This document shows, in pieces, positions 27,615-37,861 of a DNA stretch of 64,000 nt. Position numbers and translations under genes: made by a program. Source of the DNA: Candidatus Kerfeldbacteria bacterium (lineage in GTDB: Bacteria; Patescibacteriota; Patescibacteriia; UBA10025; JAHIVO01); the NCBI GenBank assembly GCA_047946875.1, contig CP181398.1, positions 713,041-777,040 on the forward strand, read 5' to 3'. Each line of letters starts with the position of its first letter. The first letter of the stretch is position 1. The notes under the pieces are model-generated. The model saw only the letters and a list, made by a program, of their open reading frames with translations, was not told the DNA's origin and ran no database searches.

Positions 27615-30600
27615 TTATACCTCATCTACGTTAATTATTCTAACCTGCGGACCACCATTACCTCTAGGGATAACCATTAGTTCATCAGCTCCATCACCAT
27701 CTACATCACCTCCAGTTAGATGAACACCACCTAGGAAGGAATGATCAAAAACATAGAAATTTTTTAATAACTCTTCTTGAATATTATAGACTTTAACTAA
27801 GGGAGTGGCATTATCACCTACTCCAATAACTAGCTCTTTAGTACCATCACCATCTGTGTCTACACCCGCTACAGAAACGCCACCTTTGTAGTCTCGATGA
27901 AAAGCATAGAATCCTGGAGAAAGACGATGAATAAGATTACTACGTATTTGAAATATTTGAACATGAGGAGAACCCCATTGTGGACCAGTGATTATTTCAT
28001 CTGCTCCATCTCCATCAGCATCAGCAGTGGTTACATTAATACCTCCTCTAAAATTAACATCATAGGCCATGAAATTAGCTAACACTGTGCCATCGATAGT
28101 ATAAACCAGGACATGTGGCCCACCACCATGCATAGCTGATACTACTATCTCGCTAATTCCATCTCCATGAATATCGCCACAGGCGACATTCACTCCTCCT
28201 GTAAATTTACCATCCAAAACATAAAATCCATCATTAATTACATTACCATAACCATCGAATATTCTAACAAGTGGCCAGCCTCCTCTGCCTTGAGCTGTCA
28301 CTATCTCTTTATATCCATCTCCATTCACATCGCAAGCTGTGACAGTTACACCATTTCGTAAAGCAGAATCATAAGCAAAAAATTGTGCCTTAACAACACC
28401 ATTGCTATCAAAAACTCTAACATGAGGTCCCATCCCCTCACCAGTCCCGACAATAATTTCAGCTTCATCCGATCCCATTATATTTCCTGATGTTACATGA
28501 AAACTACCTCTCAAATTTTGAGCGTGAGTAAAGAAAGAAGAGCCTGCCGCTACTGGCGGAAGTTCAGATCCAGCAGTCGTGTCAGATGTCTTTCCTGAGT
28601 ATTCATAATAAACATTTGGTACGTTACCAGACGAATCAGTAATACCAAGAGCTCTTTCTAATGTAATGACCTGTCCATCAAGATTGATAACCGTAATATC
28701 ATACCAACCAGGCTGTAACAGTGACAAAGGTAAATCTACAGCGATCGAAGAACTATTTTGCACATAGGTTTTGTTTGCAGGAATATCTCCCAGATAAGTA
28801 ACTAGACCATGCATAAAATTTGCACCCTCTACTTTTACTAATAACCCTGAACCACTATCCCAATCTGGATTTACAACTCCAGGAGTCACACTACTTAAGC
28901 CCGGTGCAGGATTTGTATAAGGAGCGTCACCGGTTGTATCAATTTTGAATATCAAATCATTCCAACTGTCCGCAACATAAATTGAATTGTTGGCGGTATC
29001 AGGAGCTAAGCCTTTTAAATTATTAAATTTGGCCTCTGATTGAGTACCCATCTTATATCCTCTCTCTCCAGAACCTGCTACTAATTTTGTTAATCCTGAA
29101 GATACATTTATTTGTCTGACTCTCATAGAGCCACTTTCAGTAAAATATAAATAACCATCTGCTCCAAATTTTATATATTCTGGGTATGATAATGCAGCAT
29201 CAGAACCGATAGCTTCACGATAACCAGCCGACCCAGAACCAACTACCGTGGTAACTGCACTTGTAGCTAAACTTATTTTTCTAATAACATGATTATTTGA
29301 ATCAGCAACATAAATATTGCTACCCGAAGCATCGATAGTCAACCCAAATGGCCTATTGAACATTGCAGCTGATCCAACTGCGTTTGAATATCCAGCCGTA
29401 CCAGATCCAGCTATTAACCATGTTTGTCCATCAGATATTCTAACTTTACGTATTCTATTATTACCTGTATCGCTGACGTATAAATATTGATTATCAGGAC
29501 TTATGACAATCCCAGTTGGTGATTTAAAATATGAACAACCGCTAACCCCAGTTGTTCTAATATCGGACGAACATCTAGTACCTTCTTGGTATCCATTATC
29601 ATCTGAACCCGTAGAATTAATCAATCCAGAACCAGTAACCAAAAATGTACTAATAGGATCAGCTGTAAGATTAACCCCTCGAATCCTATTGTTCCAACGA
29701 TCAACAACATACAATCTTGTCCCTGAAGAATTAATCGTTATCCCTTGAACAGTCGAGAACCTAATTGGCAACACATCATAGTCAGTTCCCTCTCCGCGAT
29801 AATTATCTACACTAGATCCAATCACGTGACTAACCACCCCAGTAGCAACATCAATTTTTCTAACTTTATTATTTTCAGCAACATAAATATATTTACCATC
29901 ACTAGACATCGCCAAATCATAAGGCCGGCCAAATAAAGCTGAAGATGTGGCACCGTTTTTATTGCCCCACCTATCCGAACCTGCAAACAAACTGTTATCA
30001 GCACCATTACTTACATTAAAACGATGAATAGTACCTAAACCGGCATTGGCAGTATAGACATACCCACTATAATAAACTAACCCAGCAGGATAAATCATCT
30101 CTTCCTGAGCAGTGTCTTGATAAATTAAGGATGTTTGTTTTGTAGATAAATTAATTTTTCTAATTCTATCGATAGTCCAATTATCATGATCAGATACATA
30201 AAGTTCATTTCCATTTAATGCTACTCCCCAAACATTTTCAAACTGAGCTGCTGCTCCCACCCCCTCTGTATATCCAGACGTTCCTGATCCAGCAATTACT
30301 GTGATTGCTCCACTAGATGTATTTACAGATACCACGCGATGATTGCCATTATCAGCGACATATAGTGTGCCTCCATCAGTAGAAATATCCATCCGTCTTG
30401 GATCTGATAAGGATGAAGTTAAAGTGGTAACGGTCCCTCCAGCTGTTGAAACCTTCTTAATAGAATTATTTCCAGAATCTGCGATATACAAACTAGTCCC
30501 ATAAACTTTCACACCATAAGGACTGGACAATCCACTACTAACCACAGTGCTGACTGTACCACTTGCAGATATTCTTCTTACTTTAGAATTAGCTGTATCG

Positions 30601-30968
30601 GCTACATATATAGATCCATCAGGACCAATTGCTAATCCACGCGGTAATGCAAATTCTGCAGTAATAGATGCTGCATCTACATAACCATAAGAACCACTAC
30701 CAGCATATGTAGAGACTATCCCCGCACTTGTAATTTTTCTAATAACATTATTATATGTATCAGCTACATACCAATTACCTGATGAATCTCTAATAATGTC
30801 TTCTGCAAAATCAAAATATGCATTTAACTTATCTCCACCGTCGCCTCCAATAATTAATCCAGTATAATTTGATACATCCCCATAAGCTGCCTCTACATCA
30901 GATACACCAACAAAAAAAGCACCCAAGAAGAGCACCAAACTAAAAAAAGTATATAATAACTTTCTCAT
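27615..30968 (-). CDS. Secreted NHL-repeat protein with C-terminal FG-GAP-like repeats
   Basis: Signal peptide, many YVADT.N..IRKI NHL blades, IPT-like domain, GGV.VA.GD.DGDG..EII repeats. Confidence 0.85.
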   Translation of the reverse strand: MRKLLYTFFSLVLFLGAFFVGVSDVEAAYGDVSNYTGLIIGGDGGDKLNAYFDFAEDIIRDSSGNWYVADTYNNVIRKITSAGIVSTYAGSGSYGYVDAASITAEFALPRGLAIGPDGSIYVADTANSKVRRISASGTVSTVVSSGLSSPYGVKVYGTSLYIADSGNNSIKKVSTAGGTVTTLTSSLSDPRRMDISTDGGTLYVADNGNHRVVSVNTSSGAITVIAGSGTSGYTEGVGAAAQFENVWGVALNGNELYVSDHDNWTIDRIRKINLSTKQTSLIYQDTAQEEMIYPAGLVYYSGYVYTANAGLGTIHRFNVSNGADNSLFAGSDRWGNKNGATSSALFGRPYDLAMSSDGKYIYVAENNKVRKIDVATGVVSHVIGSSVDNYRGEGTDYDVLPIRFSTVQGITINSSGTRLYVVDRWNNRIRGVNLTADPISTFLVTGSGLINSTGSDDNGYQEGTRCSSDIRTTGVSGCSYFKSPTGIVISPDNQYLYVSDTGNNRIRKVRISDGQTWLIAGSGTAGYSNAVGSAAMFNRPFGLTIDASGSNIYVADSNNHVIRKISLATSAVTTVVGSGSAGYREAIGSDAALSYPEYIKFGADGYLYFTESGSMRVRQINVSSGLTKLVAGSGERGYKMGTQSEAKFNNLKGLAPDTANNSIYVADSWNDLIFKIDTTGDAPYTNPAPGLSSVTPGVVNPDWDSGSGLLVKVEGANFMHGLVTYLGDIPANKTYVQNSSSIAVDLPLSLLQPGWYDITVINLDGQVITLERALGITDSSGNVPNVYYEYSGKTSDTTAGSELPPVAAGSSFFTHAQNLRGSFHVTSGNIMGSDEAEIIVGTGEGMGPHVRVFDSNGVVKAQFFAYDSALRNGVTVTACDVNGDGYKEIVTAQGRGGWPLVRIFDGYGNVINDGFYVLDGKFTGGVNVACGDIHGDGISEIVVSAMHGGGPHVLVYTIDGTVLANFMAYDVNFRGGINVTTADADGDGADEIITGPQWGSPHVQIFQIRSNLIHRLSPGFYAFHRDYKGGVSVAGVDTDGDGTKELVIGVGDNATPLVKVYNIQEELLKNFYVFDHSFLGGVHLTGGDVDGDGADELMVIPRGNGGPQVRIINVDEV

Positions 30969-31205
30969 AAATATTTATAATTAATTTTTATTTTTATTTT
31001 TTATGCCATTGTATTATAGCACAGTTTTTAATTTTTTGCAAGGGCAAAAAGTAAATAAAAAAGGCGAGGAGTTTTAACACTACCCGCCTTGCAACAAAAA
31101 ATGAAATCAACGAACTAATAAGAAATAAACCGAGACTTACTGACAAACGTCAGTAATAATTGAACAAGACAGTAGTCTCCTTTTTTACATCTTATCTTAA
31201 CCTCA

Positions 31206-32180
31206 TTAGACCTTTGGGCACATCTTGATACTAAAATAAATTGTACCAGATGATACTTTTTCCCAAATGTTTCTCCAGTCAGGACCAACAAATCTAAGAT
31301 TGCTAGATATATATAGCAAACCTCCTTCCTCAATATATATCTTTCGATATTTACCAATTTCAAAGATTTCACCATCTTCACCGACCCTTCCAATCAGAGC
31401 TGCATAATGCCCACTAGGAATAGGAAAATTATCCGGATGAGGTAGATGTGATTTACTACGATCTAGTTCATCGTTTTTCAGATAAGCAACTTTAAATGTT
31501 GCTCCCTCTGGCCCACACGATGTTACTCCATCATTTTTATACAAAGTACTGTTACCACGAAAATGGTGTTTCCCCTTGGCTGAAATTTCCAACCAAGTAT
31601 TATCAGGTATTTGTATATAATAGCATGTCCAATGTGGATGATTCACTTTGTATTCAAATGGCTTACCACTTGATATATCAACCGGTTTTATCAGAGTCGC
31701 TTCTGGAGTTCCCATTAATATTGAATATGACGCTTTACCACCTTGATATAATCCAAAGATTATCGAGGCAAAAATTACCCAATATGTTTGAGTAGTAGTT
31801 GTTTTCCTCCAAAGCATCAAGAGAACACTAGCAACAAGAAATGTACCCAATATCCAATTGCCTAATTCTGAGCTGAAGCGAATGTATCCAGCAATAAAAG
31901 CATATGCAATGATTGCTATGATTAATGGGGGAATAAATCCAACAAAATAATGATCAGCTGATATCTTCAACCAACTCATTTTATTTGATTTCTTTTTTTT
32001 TACATCAGTGTCTTCTTCAGCATTAGCGGCTGTCGTTTCTTCTTCTGGGAGCTCTTTTTTTACTCTTTTCATCCTTTTGGTAATCAAAGGAAAAAACAAA
32101 AGGATAGCTGCCAGAATAATTATAGGAACAGCAATACTGATCTCTGTCCCTGGAATATACGGTATTCCATCAAAATTCAT
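31206..32180 (-). CDS. Membrane protein with a possible PA-IL/LecA-like C-terminal lectin domain
   Basis: Four TM segments, then GPEG...ALIGRVG...FEIG...GLLY motif. Confidence 0.45.
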   Translation of the reverse strand: MNFDGIPYIPGTEISIAVPIIILAAILLFFPLITKRMKRVKKELPEEETTAANAEEDTDVKKKKSNKMSWLKISADHYFVGFIPPLIIAIIAYAFIAGYIRFSSELGNWILGTFLVASVLLMLWRKTTTTQTYWVIFASIIFGLYQGGKASYSILMGTPEATLIKPVDISSGKPFEYKVNHPHWTCYYIQIPDNTWLEISAKGKHHFRGNSTLYKNDGVTSCGPEGATFKVAYLKNDELDRSKSHLPHPDNFPIPSGHYAALIGRVGEDGEIFEIGKYRKIYIEEGGLLYISSNLRFVGPDWRNIWEKVSSGTIYFSIKMCPKV

Positions 32181-32195
32181 AACATTTCTCCTTTA

Positions 32196-33938
32196 TCATT
32201 TTTCTGATTTACCAAAACCATGAAACAATCCAGCTAAAGGTCCGAGGATGTTTTTAATTTCTGGGATAGCCCAAATATTAAGATTCAATCCTTGCAAGGC
32301 CTTAGCCACTTCTGGTACTGATTTCTCACCTAAGAGCAAAGCATAAATGAACGGCAATACAGCCTTTGCACTTTCTTTATCTTCAAGAGAAGAAATAGCC
32401 TCGATTTGAGTCTCAAGAGTTATCTTGATTACTTTAACATCAGCCTCACCCATCTTAAGACGGGCATCAGCATCAGCTTCACCAGTCAGTATAGTCGACT
32501 TTGCCTTACCTTCGGCAGCCTCAATAGCAGCCTTCTTCTCACCAACAGCTTTAGCAACCAAGGCTTTAGCAAGCTGCTCATTTGCCTTAATTGCACGTTT
32601 AGCAGCAGCTTCTTGCTTGATTTGATCAGCCACATCCTTCTCTGGATTAATATCAGGTATTTTGGACATTTCAAAACCAATGCCCATATAACCAATATCC
32701 TTCGTCAAAGTTGTGATGATTAACTCACTGAGTGGATCTCTAGAACGTAATGCTTCCATTAGGTCAGGGATCTTATTAGGATCAGCCATAAAACTACGAA
32801 TAGCATCACCAGCAGAAGCTGAAATCATACCTTTATGTTTAGAATCACCTTCTAATTTACCCTCAAGTTTTTCTTTTATCTTTTCAAAATCCCTGCCAAG
32901 ATTGGTAATAACATCTAGAGGTTTTTCAATCCACCACACAACTGTCGTATCACTTTCTACAGTTTGTGGTTCATCTCCGGTAAGCCAAGCCTTATCAATT
33001 GGCACGTTAAAAAATTGCCTAATAGTCGGAAATTTAATAAACTTCATAAGAAAAGGAATTCTTAATCTCCTGCCACGAAAAACTATCATATAGGCACGAC
33101 CAAGAAAAAACTTGATAGCCTGAACGTCCTCACCGATGTCTTCGGAACATGTAAACAAAACTCTAATTAATACCATCCCCAAGATTATGAGGTAAGTTAA
33201 GATATATCCATCACTGTCAGGAATCATGGCCAGACGAGAAAAGAAAAAGATGATAAAGAAAACAAATGAAGTTACCATCGGCATACTGTACTTACGTACA
33301 AGATCCTTTTCGAATTTTACAATTTTCTTTTTTATCTGATCTACACCTTCATTTTTCACTGACTTATAGTCTTCACTTACCGCAACTATATCACCAAACT
33401 CATTTGCTGGAGGTATTATACCGCCATTTTTCTTACAAGGTTCAATAATCTGGTTATAGAACCGATCAGCTTTCTTTTTCTTATCGGCAACTAGTTGTTC
33501 TTGTGTGGTGATAACGTTACGATCAACCTTATCTTGTAAACGCATCTTCTTCAGAATTAACATTTCTGACTCTAATACTGCTAATAAACCACTATGCTCC
33601 TTAATCCTTTTTTTTAAATAGTTTTCTTCTGTACGCAATTGATCTTTATAGCCTTCCACAATATCATCCTGTGGACGAGTACCGAGAAAGAAATACAAGA
33701 CAGCAGTAGGCATCCAAAAAATCAATCCGATTGTTGTAAACAATTCTCTAGCCAAATGATTTTCTGTCGCAATAAACACGCATACAAAAAATCCAAATAC
33801 TGTCCACAAAAAAGAGATTACTAGGGAATTAACAAGAACTTTATCCCAAGTCGTTTTGTTATCCCCAGTCGTTTTGTTAATTTCTTCTTTTTTTGGTTTT
33901 CCTTTTGGTAAATCTGGTAACTTGTACTTGCTCATCAC
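32196..33938 (-). CDS. SPFH (band 7) domain membrane protein
   Basis: TM pairs, FFLGR...IPF, D..VVWWI..P, C-terminal Ala-rich coiled coil (KAVGEKKAAIEAAEGKAK..ILTGEADA). Confidence 0.7.
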   Translation of the reverse strand: MMSKYKLPDLPKGKPKKEEINKTTGDNKTTWDKVLVNSLVISFLWTVFGFFVCVFIATENHLARELFTTIGLIFWMPTAVLYFFLGTRPQDDIVEGYKDQLRTEENYLKKRIKEHSGLLAVLESEMLILKKMRLQDKVDRNVITTQEQLVADKKKKADRFYNQIIEPCKKNGGIIPPANEFGDIVAVSEDYKSVKNEGVDQIKKKIVKFEKDLVRKYSMPMVTSFVFFIIFFFSRLAMIPDSDGYILTYLIILGMVLIRVLFTCSEDIGEDVQAIKFFLGRAYMIVFRGRRLRIPFLMKFIKFPTIRQFFNVPIDKAWLTGDEPQTVESDTTVVWWIEKPLDVITNLGRDFEKIKEKLEGKLEGDSKHKGMISASAGDAIRSFMADPNKIPDLMEALRSRDPLSELIITTLTKDIGYMGIGFEMSKIPDINPEKDVADQIKQEAAAKRAIKANEQLAKALVAKAVGEKKAAIEAAEGKAKSTILTGEADADARLKMGEADVKVIKITLETQIEAISSLEDKESAKAVLPFIYALLLGEKSVPEVAKALQGLNLNIWAIPEIKNILGPLAGLFHGFGKSEK

Positions 33939-34169
33939 GAGCCTCCTTCTTTATTAGATTTATTGTTCGTTGTTATTTTTTTGTCAAAGTTCAATGAAAT
34001 AAGCCTTTTTTGCTTATTACCAACTATACATATAATGCACAGACAGCACTAAATCTTAGTATATAATATACTATTTGTCAATAGATATTTTGGGTATAAA
34101 AAAAGCGCTGACTAGGGTTAGTAGTCAGCGCTATATTATTTGTAATTAGACCATTATATAATAGTCTAA

Positions 34170-34403
34170 TTAACCTTTTGACTTATCAGGTGGATCTTCT
34201 TCTTTTTGCTTCACAGCTAGATATGTCAGGATACTGGATAATAGCAAAAATCCTCCGATAAAAATACCAGCTTTCCATCCAACCATAGACAGCCACTCAT
34301 AAAGAGCTGTTACACAGCAAATAAAAAAGAAAGTCCAAGATGCTCCAGCAATCCGCCAGTACATCTTTTTGTCAGAAATTTTTTCCGTTTGTGTATCACT
34401 CAC
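34170..34403 (-). CDS. Small two-TM membrane protein
   Basis: GTG start with AAGGAG SD; two hydrophobic helices. Confidence 0.65.
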   Translation of the reverse strand: MSDTQTEKISDKKMYWRIAGASWTFFFICCVTALYEWLSMVGWKAGIFIGGFLLLSSILTYLAVKQKEEDPPDKSKG

Positions 34404-34437
34404 GGTAAACTCCTTTCAAAGATATAGAGCAGATGCT

Positions 34438-35574
34438 CTAAGTTACAGTTTGAATAAGGTTTTTAACTTCGGCTAATTCCGGCCAATCGTGACTGCTTAA
34501 TTTCTTAAGCAATAAACCAATCTGACCAGCACCCTTCGCTGCAATTTCTTCGATGTCATGTCCACGCATCAGCATGTAGGCATCTTTAAATGTTAGCGGA
34601 CAGCCATTTTGTGTTGCTTCATTCATAAGCATTACAACACGCTGTAGATCGATCTTGATATCAATCATTTCTGAAGCTTTCTCAAATTTTGTCCGAAGAA
34701 TTTGTTGAATATAATCCAACATATCTTTCGGAAGATTAAAATCTTCAAAAGCAACATCAGTGACGATTATACCTCGAGCGTTTAGCCTTTCATTCAATTC
34801 AGCTTTTACAGTATTTGTAATTTTAGTACGAATACTATCAGCTTCCCGTGAATCGTTTAATGAAGCAGCTGGAGCTGTCTGAGCAGATTCCAAATCTTGT
34901 TTGAACAGCTCTTCTAACTCCTGAATACTAAAGCCAAGTACTTGATTGTGCTTATACTTGACCAATTCAACCTCAGCTCGACTTTTACCAATTTTCAGAA
35001 CCATTTTTTCTGCTGCGCCAGGTTCAAGATTAGTTACGGCGAGAAGCAATTTGCCCCATGTCCATGGTTTGTACCAAGTCCATCCAATCTCATTTTCACG
35101 CCTAGCAATATGCCAAACAAGAAAAAGAGTAAATGAAAATGGTATACCATCGTTTCCCATAAAATTCTCATAGGAAAGAGTTTCCGTCTTTTCTCTTGTA
35201 TCAAGCTCAATGATGCCACCAAAAAATGGTGGCATGAAATTCAGCCCTTCTGATACAGCAATAGGTAATCTCTTACCAAAAAATGTCCACACACCTCGAT
35301 GGTATGTTTTTATTTTTGTGATACCAGCTAATAGCGTAAATATCACTATCGGGAAAATTGCTAGATAAGACTTGACCGTAAACAATAAAAAAATACTCAG
35401 AGTAACACCTAAAACAAAAACAAATTCTCGTGTATAAATCACTTTTTTTGCTTTCGTAAAATTAAGCTCTTTACTAGCTTTCTCATCTGTCTGAGAAGTA
35501 GTAATAACCACTTCTGTTCCTAACGATCCTTCGTCAGGTAATACAGTAGTACCATCACCAGGTTCTGATGACAT
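34438..35574 (-). CDS. SPFH (band 7) domain membrane protein
   Basis: RGVWTFFGK...EGLNFMPPF, GIIVTDVAFEDFNLP; AGGAGG SD. Confidence 0.75.
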   Translation of the reverse strand: MSSEPGDGTTVLPDEGSLGTEVVITTSQTDEKASKELNFTKAKKVIYTREFVFVLGVTLSIFLLFTVKSYLAIFPIVIFTLLAGITKIKTYHRGVWTFFGKRLPIAVSEGLNFMPPFFGGIIELDTREKTETLSYENFMGNDGIPFSFTLFLVWHIARRENEIGWTWYKPWTWGKLLLAVTNLEPGAAEKMVLKIGKSRAEVELVKYKHNQVLGFSIQELEELFKQDLESAQTAPAASLNDSREADSIRTKITNTVKAELNERLNARGIIVTDVAFEDFNLPKDMLDYIQQILRTKFEKASEMIDIKIDLQRVVMLMNEATQNGCPLTFKDAYMLMRGHDIEEIAAKGAGQIGLLLKKLSSHDWPELAEVKNLIQTVT

Positions 35575-35782
35575 ACATACCTCCTTGTTTTATATTCAAA
35601 CGTTTATTTCTCTAGTTTTGTATTCAATTGTTAAACAACAATTCAAGATAATTTATCATATTATACCTTTTTTGTCAACCCCTACTCTAATCATATTTAT
35701 CTTGACTAGCATAAAAACACATGATAAACTTTTATGAAAATAAAAACTCAAAACATAGCTCCTTGAAAGAAGGTGATTAAAA

Positions 35783-36124
35783 ATGCAGAAATATTCAATT
35801 AAAATTGCTTTTTCACTGTTAAAAGGTGATTCAAAATGGACAACAACTGCAGAAGCAGCGGAAATCCTATGTGCATTAATAATGGAAAATATTATTGATG
35901 ACTATATGCCAAATTCATTCGAGTTATCTTCAAAAGGCTCGGAAGATAAAAACGTATGGTTTGATTTTAATTTCCAATATAGTCGAGAATTTGAGACCCA
36001 AGCAAAAGCAATTCTTTGGGTTCATGATGCTGAAAATGCAATTATCGCATTATGGAATCAGAAAAAAGATTTTATTGATAATGTATGCTTTGAAAAAGAA
36101 GCCCACACTATTGAACTATCATAA
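35783..36124 (+). CDS. Hypothetical protein
   Basis: ORF with upstream TTGACT promoter, AAGGTGA SD and downstream hairpin. Confidence 0.6.
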   Translation: MQKYSIKIAFSLLKGDSKWTTTAEAAEILCALIMENIIDDYMPNSFELSSKGSEDKNVWFDFNFQYSREFETQAKAILWVHDAENAIIALWNQKKDFIDNVCFEKEAHTIELS

Positions 36125-36186
36125 CAACACGACTAAATAAAAGCTCATTGAAAAAAATATGAGCTTTTTTATTATCCATTTTCTTT

Positions 36187-36267
36187 ATTAAGCACCCTAA
36201 AGGGTGTATTCCTATTTATCTTTGTATTAGATCATTGTTCCCTAGAATATATTACCGGATTCCAGCC
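36187..36267. repeat. 81-bp direct repeat, copy 1 (REP/REPIN-like)
   Basis: 76/81 identical to 36865-36945; contains hairpin CACCCT-AA-AGGGTG; a third short copy near 36309. Confidence 0.9.
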
Positions 36268-36337
36268 TTCAGGATGTAATGCCACTTTTCCAATAACAAT
36301 AACTTTATCACCCTAAAGGGTGTAATCCTATCTTATT

Positions 36338-36853
36338 TTAAATCGTAAAATCAACAATTGGATAATTTGCAAAACATAAATTCATCCATTCCGTACCCTT
36401 CTTTGCAATCCAATAATCATAACTCGAAAATTGATAACTTTTCAAATTTTTTGTTAATCCGTGCTTAATTGGATTATGATGAATATAATTAAAATGTTTC
36501 CAATAATCAACCTCATTGCGAATACAATAATCCCAATAGTTTTGAAATATTTGACGTCCTTTTTTATTTTCCATTTTATTTATAAGATACGACGTTCTAC
36601 CATGCAGATAATTTATCCTATTAGAAATTGACTTGGCATGCCTAACTTTAAAGAGAATATAATAATGATTCGATAATACAACCCATGCCATTAATTCATA
36701 TCCACCACTTTGGAATTCAGCCTTTAGACTGTTTTGCAATAAAGTCTTTTTTTTGTCATTGTTAAAAATTTTCTGCTTACAATAGATTCTAGCTGTAATA
36801 AAATAATATTGATTATTAATAAATAAATGTGGTGGGTGGTGTATTTTGATCAT
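36338..36853 (-). mobile_element. REP-associated tyrosine transposase (RAYT/Y1, IS200-like), possibly inactive
   Basis: YFITAR, AWVVLSNHYY (HUH degenerate), FQNYWDYCIRNE, YIHHNPIKHGL...YQFSSY. Confidence 0.85.
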
Positions 36854-36864
36854 ATATTTTCTTC

Positions 36865-36983
36865 ATTAAGCACCCTAAAGGGTGTATTCCTGTTTATTTT
36901 TGCATTAGATCATTGTTCCCTTGAATGTATTACCGGATTCCAGCCCTGCCTACTCCTCCAAAGGCGGACAGGCGGTAGGCAGG
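36865..36983. repeat. 81-bp direct repeat, copy 2, plus nested GC-rich palindrome
   Basis: Repeat at 36865-36945, then CCTGCCTAC-[TCCTCCAAAGGCGGA CAGGCG]-GTAGGCAGG. Confidence 0.85.
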
Positions 36984-37006
36984 CAGGGGTATATTCCTGT
37001 TAATAA

Positions 37007-37861
37007 TTATTCTACCCAAACTTCTTCCCCATCACTTGTTATTATTACATCCCCTATTTCATCATTTCTAAATATCTCAATATTATAACCATTTAATTTG
37101 TTCAATGTTAATTTATGAGGATGACCGAAGCTATTTCCCTCCCCTGACTGAATGACGGCATAATCCGGATCAACAGCTTCCAAAAAATCAAATGAAGATG
37201 AATACTTACTTCCGTGATGAGCTACTTTGAGTACATTAGAATTTATATCAATGTTATTTTCTAATAATTTTTCCTCAACATCAATAGATGCATCGCCAGT
37301 GAATAAAAAAGAGGTATCTTGATATATAAGTTTAGATACTACCGAAGTGTCATTAATATCTTCTGGTGTTTCTTCATATTTATCAAATGGGTATAATATT
37401 TCTAAAGCCACCTCACCAAATTTATACTCTTGACCAAATATAGGTTCAGTCACTATCATATCTTTTATTTCCATAATTGATTGCCACTCTTTATAAGACG
37501 AGGATGAATATTTAACGTCAGAATATATAACTTGCCCAACTTCATATTTATTTACCACACCTATCAGCCCAGCCAAATGATCTTCATGAGCATGAGTCAA
37601 AATAATCAAATCGATTTTCTGTTGATAAAATGGTAAATGGTTACCTAACTTACTTACGACTGATGTACCGGGACCCCCATCAATCAAAATTGTATGATGA
37701 GACGGAGTTTTTATTAAAATACTATCTCCCTGGCCAACATCAAAAAATATTACTTCTAATAAATCTTGTGATTCAGTTTGTCTGACAATAAATAACAATA
37801 TCAAACACACTATTAATAAATTTCCTAATATAATTAATATTTTTTTATTACTTGATTTCAT
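37007..37861 (-). CDS. ComEC-related metallo-beta-lactamase fold protein
   Basis: FFDVGQGDSILI, LTHAHEDH, LFTGD, LKVAHHGS, FGHPH. Confidence 0.93.
   Translation of the reverse strand: MKSSNKKILIILGNLLIVCLILLFIVRQTESQDLLEVIFFDVGQGDSILIKTPSHHTILIDGGPGTSVVSKLGNHLPFYQQKIDLIILTHAHEDHLAGLIGVVNKYEVGQVIYSDVKYSSSSYKEWQSIMEIKDMIVTEPIFGQEYKFGEVALEILYPFDKYEETPEDINDTSVVSKLIYQDTSFLFTGDASIDVEEKLLENNIDINSNVLKVAHHGSKYSSSFDFLEAVDPDYAVIQSGEGNSFGHPHKLTLNKLNGYNIEIFRNDEIGDVIITSDGEEVWVE

Noticed and set aside
31115-31200. Hairpin TTACTGAC-AAAC-GTCAGTAA and overlapping 92-aa ORF as a small RNA or gene
   Set aside because: A single short hairpin; the ORF overlaps the upstream gene in another frame; insufficient support.
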